NCBI GenBank assembly: GCA_039621445.1
Contig: CP154954.1
Location: forward strand, 23,696,954 to 23,760,953
Reading direction: 5' to 3'
Length of the DNA: 64,000 bases
From: Euglena gracilis
Lineage: Eukaryota
In this document: positions 21,391 through 32,214 of the stretch, piece after piece
How positions within the stretch are numbered: the first letter of the stretch is position 1
How the letters are laid out: every line of letters starts with the position of its first letter
Translations under genes and position numbers: made by a program
The notes under the pieces: model-generated
What the model saw: only the letters and a program-made list of their open reading frames with translations
Database searches by the model: none
What the model was told of the DNA's origin: nothing

Positions 21391-23129
21391 TGGCTTGCTG
21401 CTGGCCCCCTGACCACCCTGACAGTGCCAGAGACTGGCGAACGAAGTGACGGGGTCCATGGCTTAGTGCGATGCGGGTGAACAGAGTGCCAGTGCAGGGA
21501 ACGCATTCACCGCAGTCTACATTATCTGTCCCCAGCCTTGGTTATTGTTGGTTTACCCATTTCTCTCGCCACCAATGACAAGACACAGCACGTGGAAAAG
21601 AACCTGCCAGTGACACTTGCATGCACACGCGCGTTCAAGTGCCAGTGTTCCAGTGCCCTCAATACTTGCCGGAAGAGCTCGACTGACACAAGTGCCGGCT
21701 GCCCCCGCCCGCCCGTCCAGTGAGGCCCTGTCGGCGGTGGACCCGATGGACCTCCTCTCCCCCCCCTACCCCCCCCCCCTACCCCGCCTCCCAAACGTCC
21801 GGGGAGAGGGAGCCCTTCCCCTCCACCGTGTCCTCTGCCGCTCAGGCCCACCCCCTCCCTGGGGCAAGGGGTTTTTTTTTTAGTCTTGGACCCCGGGGGG
21901 GGGAGGGTGGGTGGGTCTGGCCGAGCCCCCCCCCCCCCCCCCCCCCGGGGGTGTCCCCTCTAGGGGGGGTGGGATATACTTTTTGGCGTCAAGGTGCCGA
22001 AAAATTTGAAAAAGTGCTGTTTTTAGCATTTTTCGCAATTTTTTTTATCCATTTTCGGGGAAAAGTTAGTGGGTCCCCCTCCCCAAAATGGCCTCTCCGG
22101 TCCCAGGTCGTTGGGTTTGGGTGGGTTCGGCCTGGTCCCAACGCCACCCCGCGGCTTCAGCCTCCGCCCGACGAGCCGCCGTCCCCGCCGTTCCCTGGCC
22201 GCCCACCATTGACTAATGCTGGGCAGCCCCCCGAGCCCCCCTCCCCTCCAGCCTGACAGTGCCGCGAGTGTCCAATGAGTCGAGGCCAGACTTTGTTTGG
22301 GGTGGCGGTGGCTGATTGGTCGATGGTGTTTCGTGTCTTTCCAAAAGTGCGGGGGGGGGGCTGAGGAGGGCGTCGGGAAGCCCATTGCGGTGTGGACAGT
22401 ATTGGGCGCCCCTTAATCGTCCCGAAGGTCCCCCAGATTGCCAATCAATCTGCCCTTTTATTGTCGTCGCACGGCTCGGGATGGCTTGTGCGGCGGTCCT
22501 GCCAGCCCCGACACATTCGGCGTTCGCCACACCAGAAGGTGGCACCAATCCGCCCTCCCCCCCATGTACTCCACTGTCCCCTCCTGTCGGGGCGAGCTGA
22601 TCCTCTTTACACTTACTTGAATTTCTTGTGCGACATTTTCTTTTGCTCGGCCGAGAAAGTGTCGTCGGGCCGTTGGGACACATTTTGTTGTTTGGTGCAC
22701 TTGGAGAGTTTGCCTGGGGAACCTGGTGCATTCCATTTCGGAGAGAAATCTGCCTTTGGCACATCAATGTCAAACGGTGCCAATCAGTACCAACGCCAGA
22801 GTAAGTTATTTCCCCCAGGTCCGATTTCAGCAACAAAAATATGGAAGAATAACAAAAAATCCATGACAAATTTCCAGAAATTTTTTCCAAAAAATTATTT
22901 TTTTTTGTCACAAAAGAAAACTGAAAAAGAGGGTCGTGGTGGAGTAATTTTTGACGCCAATTTTGCCCAAACAATCAGCCTCCACGGACGGGGAGCCCGG
23001 GCTCGTACTCCCTTGAGGAATGCCGACCAGGGAGGAAGGGACACCGAGGGCTTCCGCTCCCGAAGGCTCCGCACTTTGCCTTTGTGAGGCCAGATTGTGC
23101 ACTGAAAAAAGGGGGGCCAGGGCATTCTC

Positions 23130-23909
23130 CAAAGCAGCTTTGGGCACCAAGTCTTTGAAAGTGGGCTTTGAAAGCCTCCACCCCCTTCCGCTGACCAATT
23201 TCAAAAACTTCTTGGGCAGAAAAGCCCGATTTTTTGAGTGAACCAACCCCTTCCCCTCTGATGGAGTGGGGTCCCCACACCTGGGGGGATACCACATGCT
23301 GGGCCAAAAAGTTTTTGGTTATAGAAGCAATGGCGTCAACCTTAATGTCTTTATGGGGGGTTTTCATGAAATCAGAAGGGGGCCCCCAGGTTTCACAAAG
23401 AAACGTGGTGCATCAACATTAGAGATCATCAAATGACAGGGACTGATTTGGGGGCACTGGGGAATAGAGACAACTCTCTCCCACTTGTGAATTTTTTGAC
23501 CTTTACGTTTGATTTTGATGTAGGGTGCCCCCCCAAACATGCTGGTGGTTCTTTGGACCTGTGCCAAATCAGGAGATCGATATAAACAGAGGATTCGTGA
23601 ACAGAAAATGAGTTGTGTACGTAATGTACACATATAAGAGGGCAGGGAGGATTGCGCCAGCCCCAGGAGGATTGGGAGGGGATCCCAGAATGCACCATAT
23701 TTTTCCAAATTTTGGTTCCAAAGCCTTTTATAGGGTTCCAACATGGCATGGAACCTCAGGCCACCAAAGCCAGGGATCAAAAGCATAGCACTGTATGCAT
23801 TGCGTGCTTGGGCCTTTGAAAAGTGAAACAGTTGAATTAAAGCGTCAACCACTTGGTAAGTGGTGGCTTCAGGGAGGCGGGTACCCCCGTTTTGTCCAAA
23901 ATCACCCAT
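23130..23909 (-). pseudogene. Tyrosine recombinase of the DIRS-like element (frameshifted)
   Basis: RILCLYRSPDLA (Arg box), IKIKRKGQK and PHSIRGEG...IGQRKGVEAFKAHFQRL (HxxR box; the catalytic Tyr position reads Phe). Confidence 0.8.
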
Positions 23910-24137
23910 AAAAGCGTAAAGGCGCTTTGATAACGCTTTGAAATGGGGTTTCTTCCCAGGAAGTTGTTAATGGTTGTATTTTGTATTTAATTCCCCTCCA
24001 GAATTTGCCTGAGCAAATCATGCAAAGCAGGGGCCACCTGGCGGGTGGCATTTTCTCCCCCCCCTGCAATTGGAGAACATACCCATGTTAGGGGTGGTTT
24101 TCAGGCAGGGGGTGCCTGGTACTTTCATTTTTGTTAA

Positions 24138-24372
24138 CTGGGGCCACCATGTGGCTGAATCCCAGTAGGGGTGACCATAAAAACTTTGGCCTGTGGAAAC
24201 ATTTTTAATCTGGGGAGAAATTTTGGATTACAGACCAGGGGGGGTTTGCATAAAGATCCTCCATGTTGTCCAGTGGACATTGTAATGCATCTACGGCTGT
24301 GGCCACCAAGTGGGGCCACCTGGCCACAAATTGTGGCAGTTTTTTGTTGCCTGGTGAGGCAAAAAGGTCTGT
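24138..24372 (-). pseudogene. DIRS-type Dam-like (N6-adenine) methyltransferase domain (frameshifted)
   Basis: Manual translation across frameshifts: TDLFASPGNKKLPQFVARWP...AVDALQCPLDNMEDLYANPPWSVI...VFMVTP/YWDSATWWP. Confidence 0.85.
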
Positions 24373-25138
24373 TTTTAGGCTTATATATTTTTTGTACTGC
24401 TGCCTCAGTTATTGAAAAAGATGGGGGTCCAGGGATTACCCCCCCTGTCCATTTCCCACCTGCTTATGGGGTCTGCCAGGCATTCCCTTGAAGGGACCCA
24501 TTTTACTTGCAGGTTTATGTTGTGCTCCATGCACCATTTGAAAAAGGGTCTTAGCACGGAATTGAAGGGGTCTTTTCTGCCCCCCCCCCTTTGTTAAGTA
24601 ATAGTAAATTAATTGATTGTCCACTGACAGGGACACAGTTTCTCCTGGTTGGCTGAGACTTTTTACTGTGCTTATTGCTTCACTTAATTATTTGACGTTC
24701 ATGTGCAAAATGGAGTGTTCCCTCCAAAATTCCTACACAATTTTGCATGTTCGAATGCCCAGCCCCCCCCCCCCCCCAGGCATGGGTGCTGCTGTCTGAG
24801 TGCAACTCCCTGGTTGCACTTTCGGGGAAGGGTCTGCCCCCCAGGTGTCCAGCATATTTTTTTTCTCTCGTAATTGGTCCTTTATTCTTTGGGAAATGGG
24901 GTATTTTGAGTCCCAGGGGGCTGTGGAATTTCCACCAAAAAAATGCCAGGGCATTCGTAAAGGCCCTTAAAAGGGCAGGGAAATTAGAATGCATCTTATT
25001 TGGACCAAAATGGCAGCCAGTTGCCTTTTTGACGTGTAATATTTTTTCACCATTTTCCCCAGCTCCTTTTTTACTGTTTTTATTTTCTGGGGGGGCACCT
25101 GTAATTTTCCCTCTTGGAAGTTTAGTTGAAATACAAGA

Positions 25139-25759
25139 TTATTTACGATTTGGGTGGGCTGCAGGGTGAACTTTTTTACATTTATTTTGAATGCTGATTT
25201 TGATAAAATCCCTGAACACTGCGTTCAGGTGATTTTGTAGGATGCTTTGCGCTGGGGCCACAAGTAAAGTGTCGTCCAGGTAAATAAATACTTGGATGCC
25301 CCTTTTCCTCCACAGCTTTTCGAATGTCTTCATTGCTGACATAAAAATTTGGGGCATTACGTTTAGGCCAAAACAGCCTGCCTGGAATTCACAGGTCTGC
25401 CCACCCACCTGATGTCTTAGAAAAGGCCTTAGGGCCTGGCTCACTGGGATGTGGAAGTAAGCATCCTTTACGTCTATTTTTGCTGCCCAGTCGCTTTTTT
25501 CAAATACTGGAAAAATGTGCTGGATGTGATCCAGCTTGAAAGGTTTCACTTGGAACCTTTGATTTAATTCCCTGCAATCACTTATTAATCTCCATCTTGT
25601 CTGCCCCCCTTCTGGTTTTGAAATCGGAAACCAGGGGATTAGGTGCTGGGTGGTTGAATACCTCACCCTCTTTACGGATCCAGATTTTTCGTAATCCTGC
25701 AGAATTTTTCCTGCTTGGTGTAGGTTCAAATTTGCCCTGGTTTTTGGCTGGGTGGACAA
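25139..25759 (-). pseudogene. DIRS-type reverse transcriptase
   Basis: WRLISDCRELN...KIDVKDAYFHIPV...FGLNVMPQIF...IYLDDTLL. Confidence 0.92.
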
Positions 25760-26563
25760 TTTTGGTGGGTTTAACCAGGGGGGTTGAATGCCGTCCCTGA
25801 TGAGTTGACGTGTTGTTGGGGTGGGAATTTTTTGTGCACAATTTCAGGCTTTTTTGCAGCATTTGATAGAGGGGGGTGTCTCCACATTTTTTCTACATGG
25901 AATTTATTTCCTGGATAAGATGATTTTGGGGGGGCTGGGCTGGGGATGTTGGACATTGCACCCCTAGGTCCCCTGGGGCTTGGGCACTTGGAAAAAGAAA
26001 TTTTTCCTGGGGGGATGTGCATGCACTCTCTCTCCTCTCTGCTCACATCTCTGGAGGATCTTGTTGTTGAAAGACATACTTAATGCTTAATGCCCCTGTT
26101 TGCCTATCAAGTCTTCTTCATGTTGATGTGGTTGGTTGACATACCATAGGAGGGCCTCTGTTGGTCTCCCCGTGGTTGAACAATCAGGACTTGAGAAATT
26201 AATGTTGGAGGGGTTCCTGCCACTCCCTCCAAAAGGGCAACCGTGGGTCCCTTTTCCTCTTGGGATTGGGTTATTGAAAGGGCCACTGTGGGTCCATTTT
26301 CCTCCTGGGGCTGGGTGATTGAAAGGGCCACTGTGGGTCCATTTCCCCCCCATTTTGGGCAGAGGGCCTCTGTGGGTCCCTCGGGGGATTTCTCCAGCAG
26401 CTTGGGGATGATGTCCCTTAGCTTCTTTGGTGGCCACTGTGGGTCCACCCTGCTGGCCTCCAAGGCCTCCATGTATAAAGACTTTTTCCATCTGTTGGCC
26501 TTCCAGGCCTTGAGTTCTTCTTGGCCTGCAACACCACTGGAAATCTGGGGGGGCTGCTGTGGC

Positions 26564-26879
26564 AGTGTACGTCTGATTCCCAATTCCCCTTTCCCAATTC
26601 CCAAAAGCCTTCGCTTTCGCCTTGGCACACCTAGTTGGGAACTGAAAATCAGAGTAACAGAAAATCCCTTTTTCCCACTTCCCAAGAAGCAAAGCACAGA
26701 GCAATGCAGGGAGGACGGACTGGATATCCAAGTCCGGTCCGGAGAAAAGGAAGGAATAAGAATATAAAAGAATACCACCTGTGGAGAGAGAAGGGGCACC
26801 CATTAGGAAATCCTAATAGGATCTGATTCCATCCTAACTTCCTCAACGGAAGGGGACAGAAGCATACGCCTGGTACACA
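26564..26879 (-). repeat. Element A 3' LTR
   Basis: Direct repeat of 52121-52429. On the minus strand it is preceded by the PPT GGGAGGGGGA (26880-26889). Confidence 0.93.
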
Positions 26880-27705
26880 TCCCCCTCCCAGGGCTATGCC
26901 AGATTTCCCTTTTGGACCAGGCATTCTGGCCACAGGGATTTCGGACACAGACCTGGTCTGTGGGAGGTGCACCCTGGCGCATCCACAGGGGCCCTTTCCG
27001 TCGCACAGGGGTCCACTCAAAAGGGGGGGGGGGCGGAAAGGAGGGGACCCAAAAATCCCAAAACGCGCAAAATGGTTTCACCTATTCTGCGGTGGCTTAT
27101 GGTTATTTAGTATATTATAGCCCACTGGGGAAAATGGGGCTGGCAGGTTTCCTTGCCAAGCAAACCCATCCACCCAGTTTGGGTGTGCCCAAGGCACTTG
27201 GGGTTGGGTCCATGGGCATACCAGGAAAACCCATGGGGAGGGTGTGGAAGGAGGGGGCCTCTGGCCAGTCAAACCTGGGCAGGGCGCATGGCCAGTCAAA
27301 CCTGACCACGCAAAAGGAAATCCTACTCTACAAAACCAACTGCCGGCGACAGCATTTGCCCCCGGGGGAAAGTAGAGAGGAGTGGGGGGTTGGCTTAGGT
27401 CAGAAAAGTGGTGCTGTCTGGCAGCCTTAAGGCCTCAAACGGCCGAAAAGAAAAGAAAGGGAAAGGAAAAGGGGCCGTCGGCCCTGTGCGCTGCGTGTCG
27501 CACGCCCGCAAGAGGGGAGAGGGGAGAGGGGTGTGCATGCATGCGCACGGAATCCTGCACATGGCAGCATCCCGGTGGGAACTTACTAGCGGCGAATACC
27601 GCAAAGGGTCTTCGAAGGGGTTGTTCGGGCGAATACCCAAACAGGGTGTCAGGCGAATACCTGACGAGGGTTCTGAAAGACGCCGCATTGGCGCTTGCAG
27701 ACACC

Positions 27706-30700
27706 TCACCTGCCTTTATCGGCTGGACGTTCGCGCACCACACGCCAGTAGTCGTGTTGGGGGTCCCCTAATGGGTCCTCAACCAACTCCAGTTGGCGCG
27801 GGGAACGCGGCGGATCTGATTCACTCCGAATGGTGTTGAGCTCCGGATCGTTGGCATCAAAGGAAAGGGTCTCCCAGTCCTTGATCCAATTATTCGGCAG
27901 CTTCTCCCTGGTACGGTCAGCATGATGCTGAAGATACCGTTGGAGCTGCTCCCAGAAAATTCTGGGCAGCATCACCGGCCAGATGATGTAATTCATCCGG
28001 GGGTGATTCGCAGGCACCTGCGGGGGCATCCCTGGGGTCTGCTTGAAGTTGATGTCATACAGCCACCTCGCTGTCCGAGCTCGTGCGGTATGGGGCCGTA
28101 ATACAGCCGCCAACCAGCCTCTGAAGTCCACCAACTCGTGTTCTTCAGGAGGCCACAGTGGCAAGGCGTATCCGCCATGCTGACGCTTGGAGAACAGGGG
28201 GTAAACCTGTGTCTCCCAGTCGCCATCAGTCCAGAGGTAAGGCATTCTTCCCTTGGCGTGTTCCTCGACGGCGAGGCGCATTGCCCCAGCGTCGATCTGG
28301 AACTCACGGGCCATTCCCGTGTGGCGGTAGCTTTCTACCTTTCGGAAGTCGGAGTGCTTCAGGCGGCCTTCCACCTGTTTGTACTCCTTCTTCCACTTCT
28401 CAAGTGTCTCCCAGTGGTGGGGGACAATGGTGGTGACTGCTCCATCAGCAGTCTGCACGAACTTGGCCCCTATACAGTTGATGCACAAGGCAGGGATATC
28501 CCTGTCGTGAGCATTCTCACTGTAGGAGTAGTTCAAGCTGTGCTTCCAGGCGTTCAGGCACTCGCCACATACGAGCGCCACACAGTTCGGCACATATGCC
28601 CTGTGGTGGAACGTCGTGGATTGCACCTGCCGCTTGCACACATGCACAAGCGGTTGGTTGTGCCGCACACGGTGGCACACGGTGCACGTCCAGGCAAAGG
28701 ACGTGCCGTGCTGGAAATCCAAAACGCAGTCCTCACCAAAGTACTGTGCTAGTACTCTGGGTGAGCGCCTATTCCAGAATGTCCAGGTATGTTCCGGGAC
28801 ATAGTGGAAAGGTTCTCCTCGGACGAAGAGGGGTTGAATCCATCGATTCAGTGACCCTTTCTGGTGCCTAATAACAGCCAGTTTCTTCGTCCTCTCGTCC
28901 ACGGTGCCTAGTCTGGTCAGGATATCCTGAGTTCAGAGCTGGGCATCCGCAGACACAGGAGGTGAAGCAGGTTCATCCTGCTCCTCATCCGTCGATCCGG
29001 CGGAAGACTGGGCCTGTCGACCACGAGCCTTACCTTTCGGTTTGCTCTGGCCGTACCCGGACGATGCAACGGCCGAATAGTTGTGCATTGTCGTAGGGCC
29101 TTTCGGCTGTCCGCCAGTCTGACCTCCAGCGCCACCTTTCGGTGGTGGTTTCCCATCACCGCCTTTGGCAGGGGGCTTACAGGGTGCAGCACCCGGTTTG
29201 CCTCCTTTCGGCTTCGCACTCCCGGAGTCAGGAGGCGACGCCTGCGGCTTACTCCTGGTATCAGGAGCCGATGGTGCCGGAGTAGACGCTTGCCGTCTGG
29301 GCGAAGCGGGCATACTGACCGCTGGGTCGCGCATGACGCTCCGGGGGGTCGGCACACGTTCCTGGGGTTGTTCAGCCGTCCGTCGCCGAGCAGGTTCATC
29401 CTGTCCAACGAGGCGTGGCACTGTAATCGTCACCGGAATCGGTGCTTCCACAGGCGCTGGCACTCCCAGAAACTCTGCCATTGTCTTCGGGACGGCAGGG
29501 ACCCTGCGCGGTGTCGGTGGTCGTCGGGGTATCTCCTCCACTTCCATTTCGACATCCGGTGTAGGAGGTTGATCCTCCACAACCGCTGGCGCAGGTGCTA
29601 CGGGAGGTTGATCCTCCGGTGTAGCCGGTGCGACAGATGGCTCTGTCAGCTGGGGTTCATCCCCTGAAGGTGGTTGCACTGCTGCCGGAGATGGGGGTGT
29701 GGGGACACCGACATCTGGTGTCTCCACGACCTCGGCGGTGGAGCTTGATGCTACGCCTCCACCTCGTGGCGTTAGTGCTGCAGCCACGGCAGTAATGCCG
29801 GTGACTACGGCGCCGAGCACACGGCCTCCTAACGAGGTGCGTGCTGTGGGACTGGCAGGCTCTTCGAGGATATCCTCGACGACCATACCAGTCACCTCGG
29901 CTGGATGCTCAGCCGCTGGAACAGGCGTAGCATCCATAGGTATATCCCTGCAGGTGCTCCGTCTGGCCTAGGCTGTGCCGGAGCAGGCAGAGCAGCGTAG
30001 AGGATATCCTCCACGTTCTCACCTTCCTCCTCAGGAAGTTCCTGGTCTCCACCTACCAGTGGACAGACGGAAGCCGCCGCGGGAGCCGGGGAAACCGATC
30101 GTTCCCCTGCCGCTCGCGGGGCAGAGACGAAGGATACAGCCGTTCCTGTCGGAGACGGCGGCGCTGCCTCCAGAATGGTGACGGACGGGCTGCGGTCGCG
30201 TTCCTCCCGCCGCGGAATCGCGGTGGTGGAAGCGACTGACGCCTCACGTCTCCTTCGCGCCAGAGTTTCATCCTCTGGGGCGATGAAGCCGCGCAGATCC
30301 TCAGACGAACGAGGATCGTCGGGGTGCCATCGGCATCCCTGGGCATCCGCCAGCCTGTAAAATGCCAGCGTACGGCTGCTGGCGCTGTTGGGCCAGGGTG
30401 GCGACCATGATGGCTGCACCCAAGCGTTGGCAGGCCTGTTCGGGCCCAGGAATCCGCGGTAACGCGTATCCTCCCAGACCTCGAAAAAGCCCTCCTCGAA
30501 CTCCTGAACGCATGCCAGAATCGGCATACGCTGTTCGAGGATGGCCTGCGGGTGACACATCAGCGGAAGGAATACCTCCCGGTCGAGGGTACCGCCAAAC
30601 CGTCGCCGCAAATGTTCTTCCAGGCTGATATCAGCCAGGTGCCAGTTGGGGCGCAGGTGGCCGAGAATCCGACGACGAGGACTCTCGATGGCGTCACCGT

Positions 30701-31196
30701 AATCCGGTGGCAGGCTTTCCATACCAGGCCTATCGTCCTGGGGATCACGGAGATGTATATACACCTCCATGACATAGGTAGTCCGGGCTCGCCACCAGAA
30801 CTGCTGCAGCATAAAAATACGCTGCTTGTGGACGCGGCGACTTTTGCCCTGGACATCCGGGGCGTCGCGGCACACATGCATAAGCATGCGGCGTCCCATC
30901 TCCAGGCCCGGGTTATCCCGAGGCGGTGGAGGACTTCCGCGCACGCCGAATCCCCAGAAGTCGACAGGAAATTCCTGCCGGCAGCACTTACAACAGAGGT
31001 CATACCTCTGTGGGTAAGCCAGGGAAACTCGCTTAACGCGGAAGGTGGAGCCGTAATGGCTCACCAGCCACACCTGGAGGTTGTTGCACCACAACACCTC
31101 GATCAGGCGTTCGATGTCGGGGTGTAGTGGGTAGAATTCCCACTGCACGCCGAGGGGTCCGACTGTATGAATACAGTCGAAGATTGCCTTCAGCCT
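27706..31196 (-). pseudogene. Element A extra ORF, C-terminal part (frameshifted; Pro/Glu-rich linkers, Cys clusters, 8-Cys finger)
   Basis: Consecutive ORFs 29892-31226, 28933-29937 and 27706-28902. A homologous copy lies at 57300-60560 (+). Confidence 0.75.
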
Positions 31197-31200
31197 TCGG

Positions 31201-31651
31201 TGTGTACCAGGCAGCCGTAAGGCCACGGTACTGTGTATGTAGGTATAAGCCTACGGCCAGATATAGCTCTGAGCCCCATACACAGTACTGTGCTAGGTGG
31301 TATTCCTAAAGATGGCCAACGGCCTGAATTAGGAATACCTCACCCATATTCTGGTTCTCCTCTCCACAGGTGGTATTCGTATTCTTATTTTCTTCTTCAC
31401 TTGAATATCAAGTTTGATTTGTTTCATTTGAAGTCCGAAACGGACAGCCAAGTCACTTGGCATTTTCTTTGTGTAGCCCATAGGGCTTCTTCACCTGCCT
31501 TGTGCTCTGCATAAGCCCAAAGGCAATAAAAACTAATAAACTAATAGTTAATTAAAAGATTCTCTTTTTTTGTTACTCTCCTGGTTCTGTTCCCACGGGA
31601 GGGTGTAAGTAGGCCGACAGGCAGTGGGAATAGAGTCAGGGGACGTACACT
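31201..31651 (+). repeat. Element B 5' LTR
   Basis: TGTGTACC...GTACACT followed by TGGTAGCAGA. Confidence 0.93.
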
Positions 31652-32214
31652 TGGTAGCAGAATAGGTTACGAACCTACACATACTTCACAAACAGAAAGA
31701 CTACCAAGGAGTACACTTGGTAGTGTACTCCTTGGTAGTAGTACCAAACTGCCTGTCGGCCACACCCATACCCACACTCACATCCCTACACTTGGTAGCA
31801 GAGTAGGTTTCTTTCCTACACCCCTTCTCCCCCCCCCATCTTAACAGGTGACTTCAAACAGTGAGTGGTGCTGAGCCTATAGGCTACAAAGCATCTACGA
31901 GCTGTTTGGAGCCAACTTCTAAGCACAGGTACAAGCTTCAGGAGGTTCTGGGCAGTATACGCTGCCACATCCTTCTAAGTTTGTTCCTTTGCTTACCTTT
32001 TGGGGTTTGATTGTGTTTGTTTCTGCAAATAAAAATATGCAGAGCTCAAGCACCAACACACTCATTGATTACCAAGAATTGATAAGTTCTTTGAGAAGCA
32101 CTTGTCATGAATTTTTGCAAGAGGAGTATACGCTCCAGTCCAGGTATTTCCCAAGCTCTATAGAGCATCCCCCACGCCAAAATTTCCAGCTCTATTGAGC
32201 ATCCACCCACCCCA

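Larger units (their letters stand above)
23040..26563 (-). mobile_element. Decayed DIRS-like tyrosine-recombinase retrotransposon, 3' part (5' part continues at 52430-53262)
   Basis: Order on the minus strand: RT (25139-25759), RNaseH (LHSDSSTHAWGG...SVDNQ, ~24590-24810), methyltransferase (~24138-24372), YR (~23130-23910). Confidence 0.88.

Noticed and set aside
21530-22620. Further exons of the EGF gene or of another gene
   Set aside because: Short open stretches exist, but I could not join them confidently.
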